From: a virus
Taxonomy: Duplodnaviria; Caudoviricetes
DNA length: 32,765 nucleotides
Strand: one strand, 5' to 3'
Virus record (IMG/VR): IMGVR_UViG_3300037313_000311
Coordinates: 1-32,765 of that record
The notes below the pieces were generated by a model. That model was not told where the DNA came from, ran no database searches, and was given only the letters and a program-made list of their open reading frames with translations. The translations under genes were made by a program, and so were the position numbers. Positions within the stretch are counted from its first letter, which is position 1, and every line of letters begins with the position of its first letter. Below, piece after piece: positions 22,448 through 31,110 of this stretch.

Positions 22448-23410
22448 ATGGCACTTCCCGCCAATACTTTCGCCACCTATGAGGCGATCGGCAACCGAGA
22501 AGACCTCTCGGATATGATTTACCGCATCGACCCGACCGATACCCCGTTTATGACGGGTGCCGAGCGGGAAAAGGCGACTGCGGTTAACCACGAATGGCAG
22601 ACCCAGGCGCTGGCCGCTGTCGATACCGCAAACGCGGTGCTCGAAGGCGACGACGCTGTCACCGACGCCGCGACCCCAACCGTTCGTCTCGGCAATATTT
22701 GCCAGATCTCGGACAAGGTTGCCCGCGTTTCCGGCACGCAGCAGGCTGTTGACCACGCCGGCCGCGATAACGAGCTGGCCTATCAGGAGATGCTCAAAGG
22801 CCTCGAGCTGAAGCGCGACATGGAATCCATTCTGGTCGGCACCAATCAGGCCAAGAATGCCGGCGCGGACGCCACCGCGCGCAAGACGGCCTCGATCCTG
22901 TCTTGGATCAAGACCAACACCAGCAAGGGCACGGCCGGCGGTGCGGCTGATCCGACCACCGCTGACGGTGCTGCCACCCGTACTGACGGCACGCAGATTG
23001 CGTTTACGGAAGCGCGGCTGAAGACCGTTCTTTCGGCGATCTGGACCTCGGGCGGCAAGCCGGATGTCGTCTATACCGGCGCTTTCAACAAGCAGGTATT
23101 CTCGACCTTCACTGGCCGGTCCACCCCGATGGAGCAGGCGAGTTCGAAAAAGATCGTGGCCTCGGTCGATGCCTACGAGTCCGACTTCGGCAAGCTGAAG
23201 GTGGTTGCCAACCGCTTCCAGCGCGCACGCGATGTCCTGGTGCTGGAGTCGGACAAGTGGGCGGTTGCCTATCTCAACGGCCGCAAGATGGTTTCGATCG
23301 TGCTCGCCAAGACCGGCGATTCCGATCGTCGCCAGATTCTCTCCGAATATTCGCTGGTTGCCCGCAATGAAAAGGCGAGCGGCGGCGTCTTCGACAACAC
23401 CACCTCGTAA
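22448..23410 (+). CDS. major capsid protein (DUF5309/SU10-type)
   Basis: GNREDLSDMIYRIDPTDTPF...HEWQTQAL...EGDD...N.CQI...ELKRDME...KTGDS...EYSL. Confidence 0.9.
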   Translation: MALPANTFATYEAIGNREDLSDMIYRIDPTDTPFMTGAEREKATAVNHEWQTQALAAVDTANAVLEGDDAVTDAATPTVRLGNICQISDKVARVSGTQQAVDHAGRDNELAYQEMLKGLELKRDMESILVGTNQAKNAGADATARKTASILSWIKTNTSKGTAGGAADPTTADGAATRTDGTQIAFTEARLKTVLSAIWTSGGKPDVVYTGAFNKQVFSTFTGRSTPMEQASSKKIVASVDAYESDFGKLKVVANRFQRARDVLVLESDKWAVAYLNGRKMVSIVLAKTGDSDRRQILSEYSLVARNEKASGGVFDNTTS

Positions 23411-23422
23411 GGAGCACTCGCA

Positions 23423-23983
23423 ATGAGCACGATCTACACTTTTCATCAAGAGTGCCCGGCGATCACTGCGGGCGATGTTGCCGCGAACGACCTGATGCTG
23501 GTTTACGATACCAGCACAGGGGTCACCAAGAGGGCGCTGGTATCCGATCTTGCCTCTCAGGCTCCGATCGACACCACGGCAACGACGCTGACAATCACCA
23601 AGGCGGTTCACGCCGGCAAGACGGTGACCATCAGTTCGGCGGCCCCCATCGCCATTACTCTGCCGCAGGCGACGGGCTCGGGTGCCAAGTACAAGTTCGT
23701 GGTGGCGGTTGTTGCGACGGCGACGGCTCATACCATCAAGGTTGCGAACGCCACCGACGTGATGATGGGCTATGCGTTCTGCGTGACGACAACCTCGGAC
23801 AACGCGGAGGGCTTCAAGACTTCGGCATCGTCCGACACCATCAGCATGAACGGCACCACGCTGGGTGGCGTTGTCGGGGACATCTATGAAATCGAGGATG
23901 TCATTACCGGAAAATTCTCGGTTAAATGTTTCACCGCACCAACCGGAACCGAGGCCACCCCGTTCTCTGCAACGGTCTCGTAA
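23423..23983 (+). CDS. beta-rich virion protein (capsid decoration/fibre-like)
   Basis: Thr/Ala-rich, ITLPQATGSG motif, AAGGAG SD, directly after capsid. Confidence 0.7.
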   Translation: MSTIYTFHQECPAITAGDVAANDLMLVYDTSTGVTKRALVSDLASQAPIDTTATTLTITKAVHAGKTVTISSAAPIAITLPQATGSGAKYKFVVAVVATATAHTIKVANATDVMMGYAFCVTTTSDNAEGFKTSASSDTISMNGTTLGGVVGDIYEIEDVITGKFSVKCFTAPTGTEATPFSATVS

Positions 23984-23985
23984 AC

Positions 23986-24684
23986 ATGAAGCTGGACCTG
24001 GCGGGCATTTCAGTAATGCTCGCCATGCCCACGCATCGGGACATCCCGACCGGAACTGTAATCTCTCTATTGGAAACGCAAAGTCTGTTTCAGACCAAGG
24101 GCATTCCATTTGAGTTACAGCTTCAGGTCGGGAGTTCTATTGTCCATCATGCGCGATCAAGGGCCGCTCATAACTTTCTGAAGTCCGACAAATCCCTGCT
24201 GTTCTGGGTTGACTCGGATATCGAGTGGAAGGCTAGCGATTTCCTTCGTCTTTGTGCGCTTGCCACCAAGATGGACGTTGTTGGCGCAGCCTACCCAGCC
24301 AAGAAAGATCCGATTGTTTTCTTTCTCGACTCCAGAGAAGGAGCTGAGATTGATGCCAACGAATACGGATGCCTCAAGATCGGCGGCTGGGGCATGGGGT
24401 TCACTGTCTGCACCCGGCGCGTCATTGAGGCAATCGCCGAACAGGTGCCTAAGCTGAAGTTCAACGGATCGGATGAACCGATCGCTAACATCTTCCGATG
24501 TGACGAGATCAACGGCTATGCGCGCGGCGAAGACATTGCATTCTTCGCCGACATTAAAGACCTCGGTTTTGAGGCGTTTCTAGATCCAAGCGTGACCCTG
24601 GGCCATATCGGCTCGAAAACCTACACGGCCTCGATAGCGGACATGCTCAGGCCCATTGAAGGAGAATCTAATGGCACTTCCTGA
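23986..24684 (+). CDS. GT-A fold glycosyltransferase-like protein
   Basis: VMLAMP strand, AR...LLFWVDSD (DxD), VVGAAYP, GMGF, GEDIAF, LGHIG motifs. Confidence 0.8.
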   Translation: MKLDLAGISVMLAMPTHRDIPTGTVISLLETQSLFQTKGIPFELQLQVGSSIVHHARSRAAHNFLKSDKSLLFWVDSDIEWKASDFLRLCALATKMDVVGAAYPAKKDPIVFFLDSREGAEIDANEYGCLKIGGWGMGFTVCTRRVIEAIAEQVPKLKFNGSDEPIANIFRCDEINGYARGEDIAFFADIKDLGFEAFLDPSVTLGHIGSKTYTASIADMLRPIEGESNGTS

Positions 24685-25036
24685 AAACCGGCCGCTGTCT
24701 GAGAACGCAGTCTCGGCCTATCTTGCCGATGTCAGCGCGGCGTCGTCCACCTTCGTGGTCGCGCCATTTCGCGGCACGATCAAGCGGGCCTACTCCGCAA
24801 TCAGCGTTGCGATTACGGGTGCGGATTGCACCTGGTCGATGAAGATCAATGGCACGGCTGTAACCGGGTCGTCCACCACGATCACGCAATCGGGATCTGC
24901 GGCTGGCGACATCGATAGCTGCACGCCGACTGGCGCGAACTACGTCAACGAAGGCGACAACATCGAGTTCGTTTCAGCCGGAGAGTCGTCAACGACTTGT
25001 CCGACCATGTTCACCGCCGTCATCGAGCGGGATTAA
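24671..25036 (+). CDS. small beta-rich virion protein
   Basis: GGAG SD, ATG 24671; Ser/Thr/Ala-rich. Confidence 0.7.
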   Translation: MALPENRPLSENAVSAYLADVSAASSTFVVAPFRGTIKRAYSAISVAITGADCTWSMKINGTAVTGSSTTITQSGSAAGDIDSCTPTGANYVNEGDNIEFVSAGESSTTCPTMFTAVIERD

Positions 25037-25041
25037 TCTAC

Positions 25042-25329
25042 ATGGCGCAGCAGTATATCGGTACGGCGCTACTTGGGACGCATCAAAGCGTTGCATATAC
25101 GGGCACGGCCGGCACGATCACGAACGCCATTAGCGATGGCGTTAACAGGATCCGGGTAATCGTGACTACCGCTGCTTATGTCAAAGTTGGCAATAGCCCA
25201 ACCGCGACAAGCTCGGATGTCTACATGGCCGCGGACTCGGCTGAGTATTTCACTGTCAGGCCAGGCATGAAGGTTTCTGCCATCCAGGTCTCGTCCGGCG
25301 GCGCCCTGCACGTTACGGAAGTATCGTGA
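25042..25329 (+). CDS. small beta-rich virion protein
   Basis: ATG 25042; GNSPTAT...EYFTVRPGMKVSAIQ...GALHVTE. Confidence 0.7.
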   Translation: MAQQYIGTALLGTHQSVAYTGTAGTITNAISDGVNRIRVIVTTAAYVKVGNSPTATSSDVYMAADSAEYFTVRPGMKVSAIQVSSGGALHVTEVS

Positions 25330-25640
25330 TCGGCGTTCGCTTCCATCTCGACAGCAACGGCCAAGACCTTGCAGTCGAGCACGTTCAGGACGTTGAGCCG
25401 ATCCTGGAGTGGAACAAGGAAGCCCGCCGGGATGAACAGCAATCGGATTGGGGGCGTCATATCGCGCGCATCCCGAACGTGATCTATGTGAAGTGGCTGG
25501 ATGAAGAGCACCGCAAGGGCAATACATCCTTGCGCATGTTCACGCCCGAGTTCGATCTGATCGTGCAGAAGAAGCTTGAAGATCCCGAATGGGCATATCT
25601 CCGGGTTGATAGGCCAAAACTGCAGGCGGGTTGGCGCTAA
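25326..25640 (+). CDS. podovirus head-module protein
   Basis: QDVEPILE.NK...HIARIP...KLEDPEWAYLR; overlaps at both ends. Confidence 0.75.
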   Translation: MIGVRFHLDSNGQDLAVEHVQDVEPILEWNKEARRDEQQSDWGRHIARIPNVIYVKWLDEEHRKGNTSLRMFTPEFDLIVQKKLEDPEWAYLRVDRPKLQAGWR

Positions 25641-26236
25641 TGGCGATCACGACGTATTCGGAATTGCAGTCGGCCATTGCGTCATGGCTGGCCCGTGATG
25701 ATCTGACTGCGTTTATACCCGACTTCATCACGCTGTTTGAATGTGATGCAGCGCGTAGGCTGAAGGTTCGTCCCCAGGCCACGGTTACGTCGCTCACCCC
25801 GTCCAGCGGTGTTGCAACGCTGCCGAACGATTATCTCGGCTATCAACGGGTGACCTGGACCGGATCGCCGATCCACGATCTGAACTATGTGACGCCCTCA
25901 CTATATGCCAGCTATCTGGAAACGGGGAGCGCTACTCCAACCGTGTTCACGATCGAAGGCGCGAGCCTCAAGGTCGCGCCATCAGACGATACAAGCCTGA
26001 CGTTCTCATATTTCCAAAAAACAGCGGCGGTATCCAGTTCGCTAGCGTGGCTGTTCAACAATCACGTTGATGCTTACATGGCCGGTTCGCTTGCTCAAGC
26101 GGCAGCCTTTAACAAGGAGTTTGACACGGCGGGCACTTGGCTCGCGAGGTGCAACAAGATCTTCGAAGATATCCTTTCTCTCGATTTCAACGAGCGGCAG
26201 GGCATGGCCGTTCGGGTAAACAGTTTGACGCCGTAA
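25640..26236 (+). CDS. head-tail adaptor (tail tubular A-like)
   Basis: ITTYSELQSAIASWLARDDLTAFIPDFI...LPNDYL; upstream of nozzle. Confidence 0.75.
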   Translation: MAITTYSELQSAIASWLARDDLTAFIPDFITLFECDAARRLKVRPQATVTSLTPSSGVATLPNDYLGYQRVTWTGSPIHDLNYVTPSLYASYLETGSATPTVFTIEGASLKVAPSDDTSLTFSYFQKTAAVSSSLAWLFNNHVDAYMAGSLAQAAAFNKEFDTAGTWLARCNKIFEDILSLDFNERQGMAVRVNSLTP

Positions 26237-27934
26237 ATGCCGCTCCTGCCTTTCGGAGAGTACAAACCTGACGTCAGCGACTACGAAGGGCAAGCTACCA
26301 GGAATGTGCGTAACGTCCTGCCGAGGGGAGATGGTTACGGCCCGTTTCCTGATTTCGCCGTTCTCTCTCAGGCATTGATCGGGTCGTGCCGCGGCGCCTT
26401 CTATGCTTTGAAGTCCGATGGATCGGTTGCTGTCTTTGCCGGCACCAGCGACAGACTATGGCTCGCCAACAATACCGATTACTCGTGGACACCAGTTTCC
26501 AAGGGCGCAACGGTCACGATCTCCAATGCGAGTCCTGCTGTCGTTACACTAGCCTCGCATGGCTTCGCCGCTAATGACCCAGTTGTTTTCTCGACGACGG
26601 GCACGCTGCCAACGGGGCTTACCGCCGGAACGAAATACTTCGTCAAGACGGTTCTGAGCGCGAATACCTTCACGGTTTCGGCGACAGCGGGCGGCGCGGC
26701 CATTAACACCTCTTCAGCCGGGTCTGGCACGCATTCGGTCACCTGGCTCTATTCGTCGCTGTCTTCTGATGCGCAATGGCAGTTTGCGCAGTTCGGCAAT
26801 CTGGTCTTTGCGACACAGAAGAACGCGGTCCTTCAGGTTTACAATCTGTCCTCTTCAAGTGCGTTCGTTGACACTGCGGGCTCGCCGCCACAGGCCGCCT
26901 ATATCAGCGTTGTCGGCCGCTTCCTTGTTCTCTCTGGTCTGCTCTCCAACCCGTTCCGTATTCACTGGTCCGGGCTGAATGACACGACGCAATGGACTAG
27001 CGGCGTTAACTCATCCGACTTTCAGGACTTCCCGGACGGCGGCATTGTGCGCGGCGTAGCGGGCGGCGAGTTCGGAACCGTGTTTCAGGACCAGGCCATC
27101 CGGCGAATGAGCTATATTCCGGGCTCTCCGCTGATCTTCCAGATTGAGCGCATTGCGCAGGATCTTGGCCTGTTCGCGCCGTATAGTATTGTTCGCGCCG
27201 GATCGCTGATCTTCTTTCACTCCGCGCAGGGGTTTTACAAGATCGCGCCGGGCGGGCTGCCTGAGCAGATCGGGCGGGAGCGGGTTGATCGTACATTCTT
27301 CGACGACCTCGATAAGACCGAGCTGCGGATGTTCATCGGGGCATCCGACCCCCGGTCTACCCGTGCGTTCTGGGCCTATAAGTCAACCTCGGGCGTAACG
27401 ACGCTTTACGACAAGATCATCGGCTTTGATTATGCGCTAAACCGCTGGTTTACGATCTCGATGACTGGCGAATATCTGCTTGGCATGTCGCAGCCCGGCA
27501 TTACACTGGAAGGCCTGGACTCGATATCATCGTCGATTGATGCACTGGCGGCATCGCTCGATTCCTTTGCCGTCTCTACCCAGCCATTGATCGCGCAGTT
27601 CAACAGCGCCCACAAAATGGGGTTTTTTTCCGGGGCCAATCTTGAAGCGACGCTGGAAACGGCAGAGCAGGGCACAGACGGGCGGCGTATCTTCGTTAAT
27701 GGGTTCCGGCCTGTAGTCGATGCTTCTTCGGTATATGGATCGGCTTCTTATCGGGAGCGTGTGGCAGATACGCCGACTTCATTGACCGAAATCGCAATGA
27801 ACAGCCGAACCGGGCGCTGCGATCTTCGGAGATCTACCCGATACTCTCGCATGAAGGTTCGCATCCCAGCCTCAACAAGCTGGACCTATGCAGCAGGCGT
27901 TGAGCCCGACATCAGGCAAGAGGGCCTGACGTGA
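26237..27934 (+). CDS. tail nozzle/stabilisation protein (tail tubular B-like)
   Basis: 565-aa beta-rich protein, IHWSGLND...SDFQDFPDGG; inserted ISNASPAVVT...TGTLPTGLTAGTKYFV domain. Confidence 0.75.
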   Translation: MPLLPFGEYKPDVSDYEGQATRNVRNVLPRGDGYGPFPDFAVLSQALIGSCRGAFYALKSDGSVAVFAGTSDRLWLANNTDYSWTPVSKGATVTISNASPAVVTLASHGFAANDPVVFSTTGTLPTGLTAGTKYFVKTVLSANTFTVSATAGGAAINTSSAGSGTHSVTWLYSSLSSDAQWQFAQFGNLVFATQKNAVLQVYNLSSSSAFVDTAGSPPQAAYISVVGRFLVLSGLLSNPFRIHWSGLNDTTQWTSGVNSSDFQDFPDGGIVRGVAGGEFGTVFQDQAIRRMSYIPGSPLIFQIERIAQDLGLFAPYSIVRAGSLIFFHSAQGFYKIAPGGLPEQIGRERVDRTFFDDLDKTELRMFIGASDPRSTRAFWAYKSTSGVTTLYDKIIGFDYALNRWFTISMTGEYLLGMSQPGITLEGLDSISSSIDALAASLDSFAVSTQPLIAQFNSAHKMGFFSGANLEATLETAEQGTDGRRIFVNGFRPVVDASSVYGSASYRERVADTPTSLTEIAMNSRTGRCDLRRSTRYSRMKVRIPASTSWTYAAGVEPDIRQEGLT

Positions 27935-28590
27935 GTTACTACGCACCAGGCACGGACGAACGCGATCCTAAAAAGATCGTCATGTCGCTGCAACAGGCGC
28001 ATAGCAACACGGCGACGAACACCACGAATATTGCGACGAACACTGCCAATATCGCAACCAATACAGCAAATATCGCAACCAACACGGCGAACATTGCCAC
28101 GAACACAGCGGCAATTGCCGCCCTTCCTGCCGCAGGAACGTCCGTTCAGACCGTCTATGCTGAACTAACCACGCACACGACCGGCACGACGAGCATGGCC
28201 GGCGGCGCGGATACGGTGCCGCAAAACACGGACGGCACGCAACTCGTAACCGTATCGATTACGCCGAAAGCCACGGCGAACAAGCTGAACATCTTCGTCT
28301 CGGCCCCCGCGACCAATAGCGGCGTCGTCAATATGTGGTGCGGCGTATTCCAGGATTCGACGGCATCTGCTCTGTTTGCCACGCCGATCGGGATTCCTGT
28401 TGCTGAAGTAATCGTGCCGATTGCGTTCAATTACCAAATGACGGCGGGCACCACTTCGTCAACGACGTTCAAGGTTCGTATCGGCAACATTGCTGGCGCC
28501 TCGACATGGGCAGTGAACGGGTTGACGACTGCGCGGCGTCTTGGCGGTTCGGCTCGGGTCACGATCACGGTGATTGAGACCAAGACGTGA
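27931..28590 (+). CDS. short trimeric fibre/needle protein
   Basis: NTANIAT heptad repeats followed by a beta-rich head. Confidence 0.7.
   Translation: MSYYAPGTDERDPKKIVMSLQQAHSNTATNTTNIATNTANIATNTANIATNTANIATNTAAIAALPAAGTSVQTVYAELTTHTTGTTSMAGGADTVPQNTDGTQLVTVSITPKATANKLNIFVSAPATNSGVVNMWCGVFQDSTASALFATPIGIPVAEVIVPIAFNYQMTAGTTSSTTFKVRIGNIAGASTWAVNGLTTARRLGGSARVTITVIETKT
28006..28119 (+). repeat. degenerate 21-bp tandem repeat encoding (NTANIAT)n
   Basis: About five heptads with synonymous codon variation. Confidence 0.85.
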
Positions 28591-28982
28591 GCGTTGATCT
28601 CATCTGCGTTGATCCCAAGGAAGTATCACTGGTTTGGGGATACGCGGGCGGCATGATCCGTGCGGCGATCGAACGAACGAATCTCAGCGATTTCGCCGAC
28701 ATCGAGAAAGACGTTCTCTCCGGCGATCAACTGCTTTGGCTGGCAATCAGCGACCACATCGAAGCGGCAGCAACAACGCATCTGAGCCGTAACGTCTGCA
28801 CGTTGACGGCATGCAGCGGGCATCAAAGGGAGCGATGGCTTCCGTTGTTCGCCCGGATTGAGAAATACGCAAAGGACGAGGGCTGCCACACCATGCGCCT
28901 GTACGGGCGACGTGGATGGGAGCGGGTGCTTGACGGCTACAAAGTCGAGCACGTTGTTTTGGAGAAAGACCTTGGGCGGTAG
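28587..28982 (+). CDS. GNAT-like small protein preceding ejection proteins
   Basis: IEKYAKDEGC..MRLYGRRGWERVL; position typical of podovirus internal-core modules. Confidence 0.65.
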   Translation: MSVDLICVDPKEVSLVWGYAGGMIRAAIERTNLSDFADIEKDVLSGDQLLWLAISDHIEAAATTHLSRNVCTLTACSGHQRERWLPLFARIEKYAKDEGCHTMRLYGRRGWERVLDGYKVEHVVLEKDLGR

Positions 28983-29838
28983 CAGCAAGCAGACCACGAC
29001 GCAGAACTCTACGACCGCCCCTTGGGAGGCCGCGCAGCCTGCCTTGCAGGGCATCCTGAGCCAGTTGCAGGGCAACCTTGCCAATACGGGCCTGACCGGG
29101 GCTGAGAACAATGCCCTCACGGGCTCAACCAACAACGCCTATAACTGGACCAGCCAGTTTGCACCCACGATTAACAGCTACGCGAAGGATTTGCTGGCAG
29201 GCGGTGGCGCAACGGATCAGGCTGGCAATATCAACGCCAACTACCAGCGCTATGTTGATCAGACCAACCCGCTCGCGTCGAACACCAATTATAATCCATA
29301 CGATACGCCGGGCTTCAAGGATGCGCTGAGCACCACCATCGCCGACATAACGAACTCGACCAATGGGCAGTTTGCGGCGGCTGGGCGCGACTTCTCTGGC
29401 GCAAATTCGCAGGCGCTTGGCCGCGGCATCCTGCAAGGCGTCGCGCCTACGATTGCATCTCAGTTCAACCAGAACATCCAGAACCAGCAGGGCGCGGCGG
29501 GGAATCTCTACAACGCCGGAAATACCAATGCGGGCCTATTGGCTGGGTTGCAGCAGCAGAAACTTGCTAACCAAGGCCAGGGCGTGACGGCGGCGGGTCA
29601 AGGTCTTGACGCGAGCAATGCTGGTTATACGGCCACACTTCAGGCGGAGGCGGCGCGGCGCGGCATTCCTGTGCAAAACCTTGGCCTTCTTGCTCAGATC
29701 GGCGTTCCGATCGCAGCGCTGGGGTCGCAGTCATCCGGCACGTCTCAGACTGAAAAGCAGGCATCTCCAATGGAGCAATTCCTGCAATTTGGGCAGGGCC
29801 TTGGCGGCATCGGAAGCTTTCTGTTCGGGAAGAGATAA
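28972..29838 (+). CDS. internal virion/ejection protein
   Basis: TTG start with GGAG SD; GGSSKQTTTQNSTTAPW N-terminus; Gly/Ala/Gln/Asn-rich. Confidence 0.75.
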   Translation: MGGSSKQTTTQNSTTAPWEAAQPALQGILSQLQGNLANTGLTGAENNALTGSTNNAYNWTSQFAPTINSYAKDLLAGGGATDQAGNINANYQRYVDQTNPLASNTNYNPYDTPGFKDALSTTIADITNSTNGQFAAAGRDFSGANSQALGRGILQGVAPTIASQFNQNIQNQQGAAGNLYNAGNTNAGLLAGLQQQKLANQGQGVTAAGQGLDASNAGYTATLQAEAARRGIPVQNLGLLAQIGVPIAALGSQSSGTSQTEKQASPMEQFLQFGQGLGGIGSFLFGKR

Positions 29839-31110
29839 ATGGGCTTGCTCGACTATCTTTTCGATAACCAGACCTATAGCGGCGCGGGTGGCCTGCTTTC
29901 ACGCCTGTCTCCTTCTCTTGGTCAAGTCGCGCCGTCTAATGGTTTTGGCCCAGAAAATCCTATCAGCATCGGCAACTACCAGATGCCGCGTATCGGCAAC
30001 CCGGATCAATACCAGCCAGAACAGGCCACGCTGCCCCAAAATGCGCAACCGGCTCAAGGTCAGATGCCCGCAATGCCGCAGCAGCAGACTCCTACATTCA
30101 ATAATGGCGGCCTTAGTGCCGGATGGGAGACTTTCGCGAGCGGGGGCGGCCTATTGCCTGCAATTACTGCGGCAGTAACGGGGCAAACACCGGGACAGCG
30201 GCAGCAGTCAGAGCTGTTTAAGGCTTACGTTGGATCCGGGCTGTCACCGTCGCAAGCCTATGTCGCCGTTCTCAATCCGCAGCTTGCTGGAAATCTGATG
30301 GGCGGGGGCCAGACGGACGATATCAAGGAATATCAGTACGCCAAGAAGGAAGATCCGACGCTGACTTTTGCAAAGTTCATGTTGCAGAAGAAGGCGAACC
30401 AAGGCGAATACTCGCTGACGCCTCAATATGGAACGGACGACAAAGGAAATACGGTTCTGATCCAGACCGGCAAGAGTGGTGAGGCGATCCGTACAAAGCT
30501 GCCTGAAGGCGTGAAAATCTCCAGCGGAGTCGAGAAGATCGACGCGGGAGACAAATGGATACTGTACGATAAGCGGACGGGCACTCCTGTTGGCACGCAG
30601 CCGAAGGACTTGGCCAGCAAGGAAGCCGCCGAGAAGGTCGGACAGGCGCGCGGCACGGCACAGGCCGCCTTGGCTAACGGTGCTGAAACTGACGCTGAGC
30701 AGACCAAGAAGAAGATTGACGAGTTCATTGCCAGCAAGGGCTTCAACGAAGTCTTCGGTCAGCTAGACCAATATCGCCCATCCTGGACGCACAGCAACGA
30801 AGGCGCAGATGCGCTTGCCCGCTACAAGCAACTCAAGGGCGTCACGTTCCTGACGGCCTATCAAATGCTAAAGGGCGGCGGCGCGATCACTGATATTGAA
30901 GGCCAGAAGGCCGGAGATGCGATGGCACGTCTTGACCGCGCACAGAGCGAGGAAGAGGCGAAACAGGCGCTTCGTGACTTCCGCGAGGCGGTTGATATTG
31001 GCCTGCAGAAGCTGCGCAGGGCCGCATCAGGCGGTGAAGCGCCGCAGGCCGCAACCGCTGCCGCTCCCAAGCGTATCCGCCTCAATGCTGACGGGACCAT
31101 TGCTCAATGA
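29839..31110 (+). CDS. internal virion/ejection protein
   Basis: 423 aa, MGLLD start, DDIKEYQYA and LKGGGAITDIEG motifs. Confidence 0.75.
   Translation: MGLLDYLFDNQTYSGAGGLLSRLSPSLGQVAPSNGFGPENPISIGNYQMPRIGNPDQYQPEQATLPQNAQPAQGQMPAMPQQQTPTFNNGGLSAGWETFASGGGLLPAITAAVTGQTPGQRQQSELFKAYVGSGLSPSQAYVAVLNPQLAGNLMGGGQTDDIKEYQYAKKEDPTLTFAKFMLQKKANQGEYSLTPQYGTDDKGNTVLIQTGKSGEAIRTKLPEGVKISSGVEKIDAGDKWILYDKRTGTPVGTQPKDLASKEAAEKVGQARGTAQAALANGAETDAEQTKKKIDEFIASKGFNEVFGQLDQYRPSWTHSNEGADALARYKQLKGVTFLTAYQMLKGGGAITDIEGQKAGDAMARLDRAQSEEEAKQALRDFREAVDIGLQKLRRAASGGEAPQAATAAAPKRIRLNADGTIAQ

Noticed and set aside
23395-23425. Programmed frameshift or readthrough extending the capsid protein
   Set aside because: No slippery sequence, TAA stop, and the next gene has its own strong AAGGAG SD.
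22295-24109. 604-aa minus-strand ORF
   Set aside because: Antisense shadow of capsid and neighbouring genes caused by codon bias.
28006-28119. CRISPR-like or DGR-like repeat
   Set aside because: Contiguous coding heptads without spacers; no cas or reverse transcriptase gene in the window.
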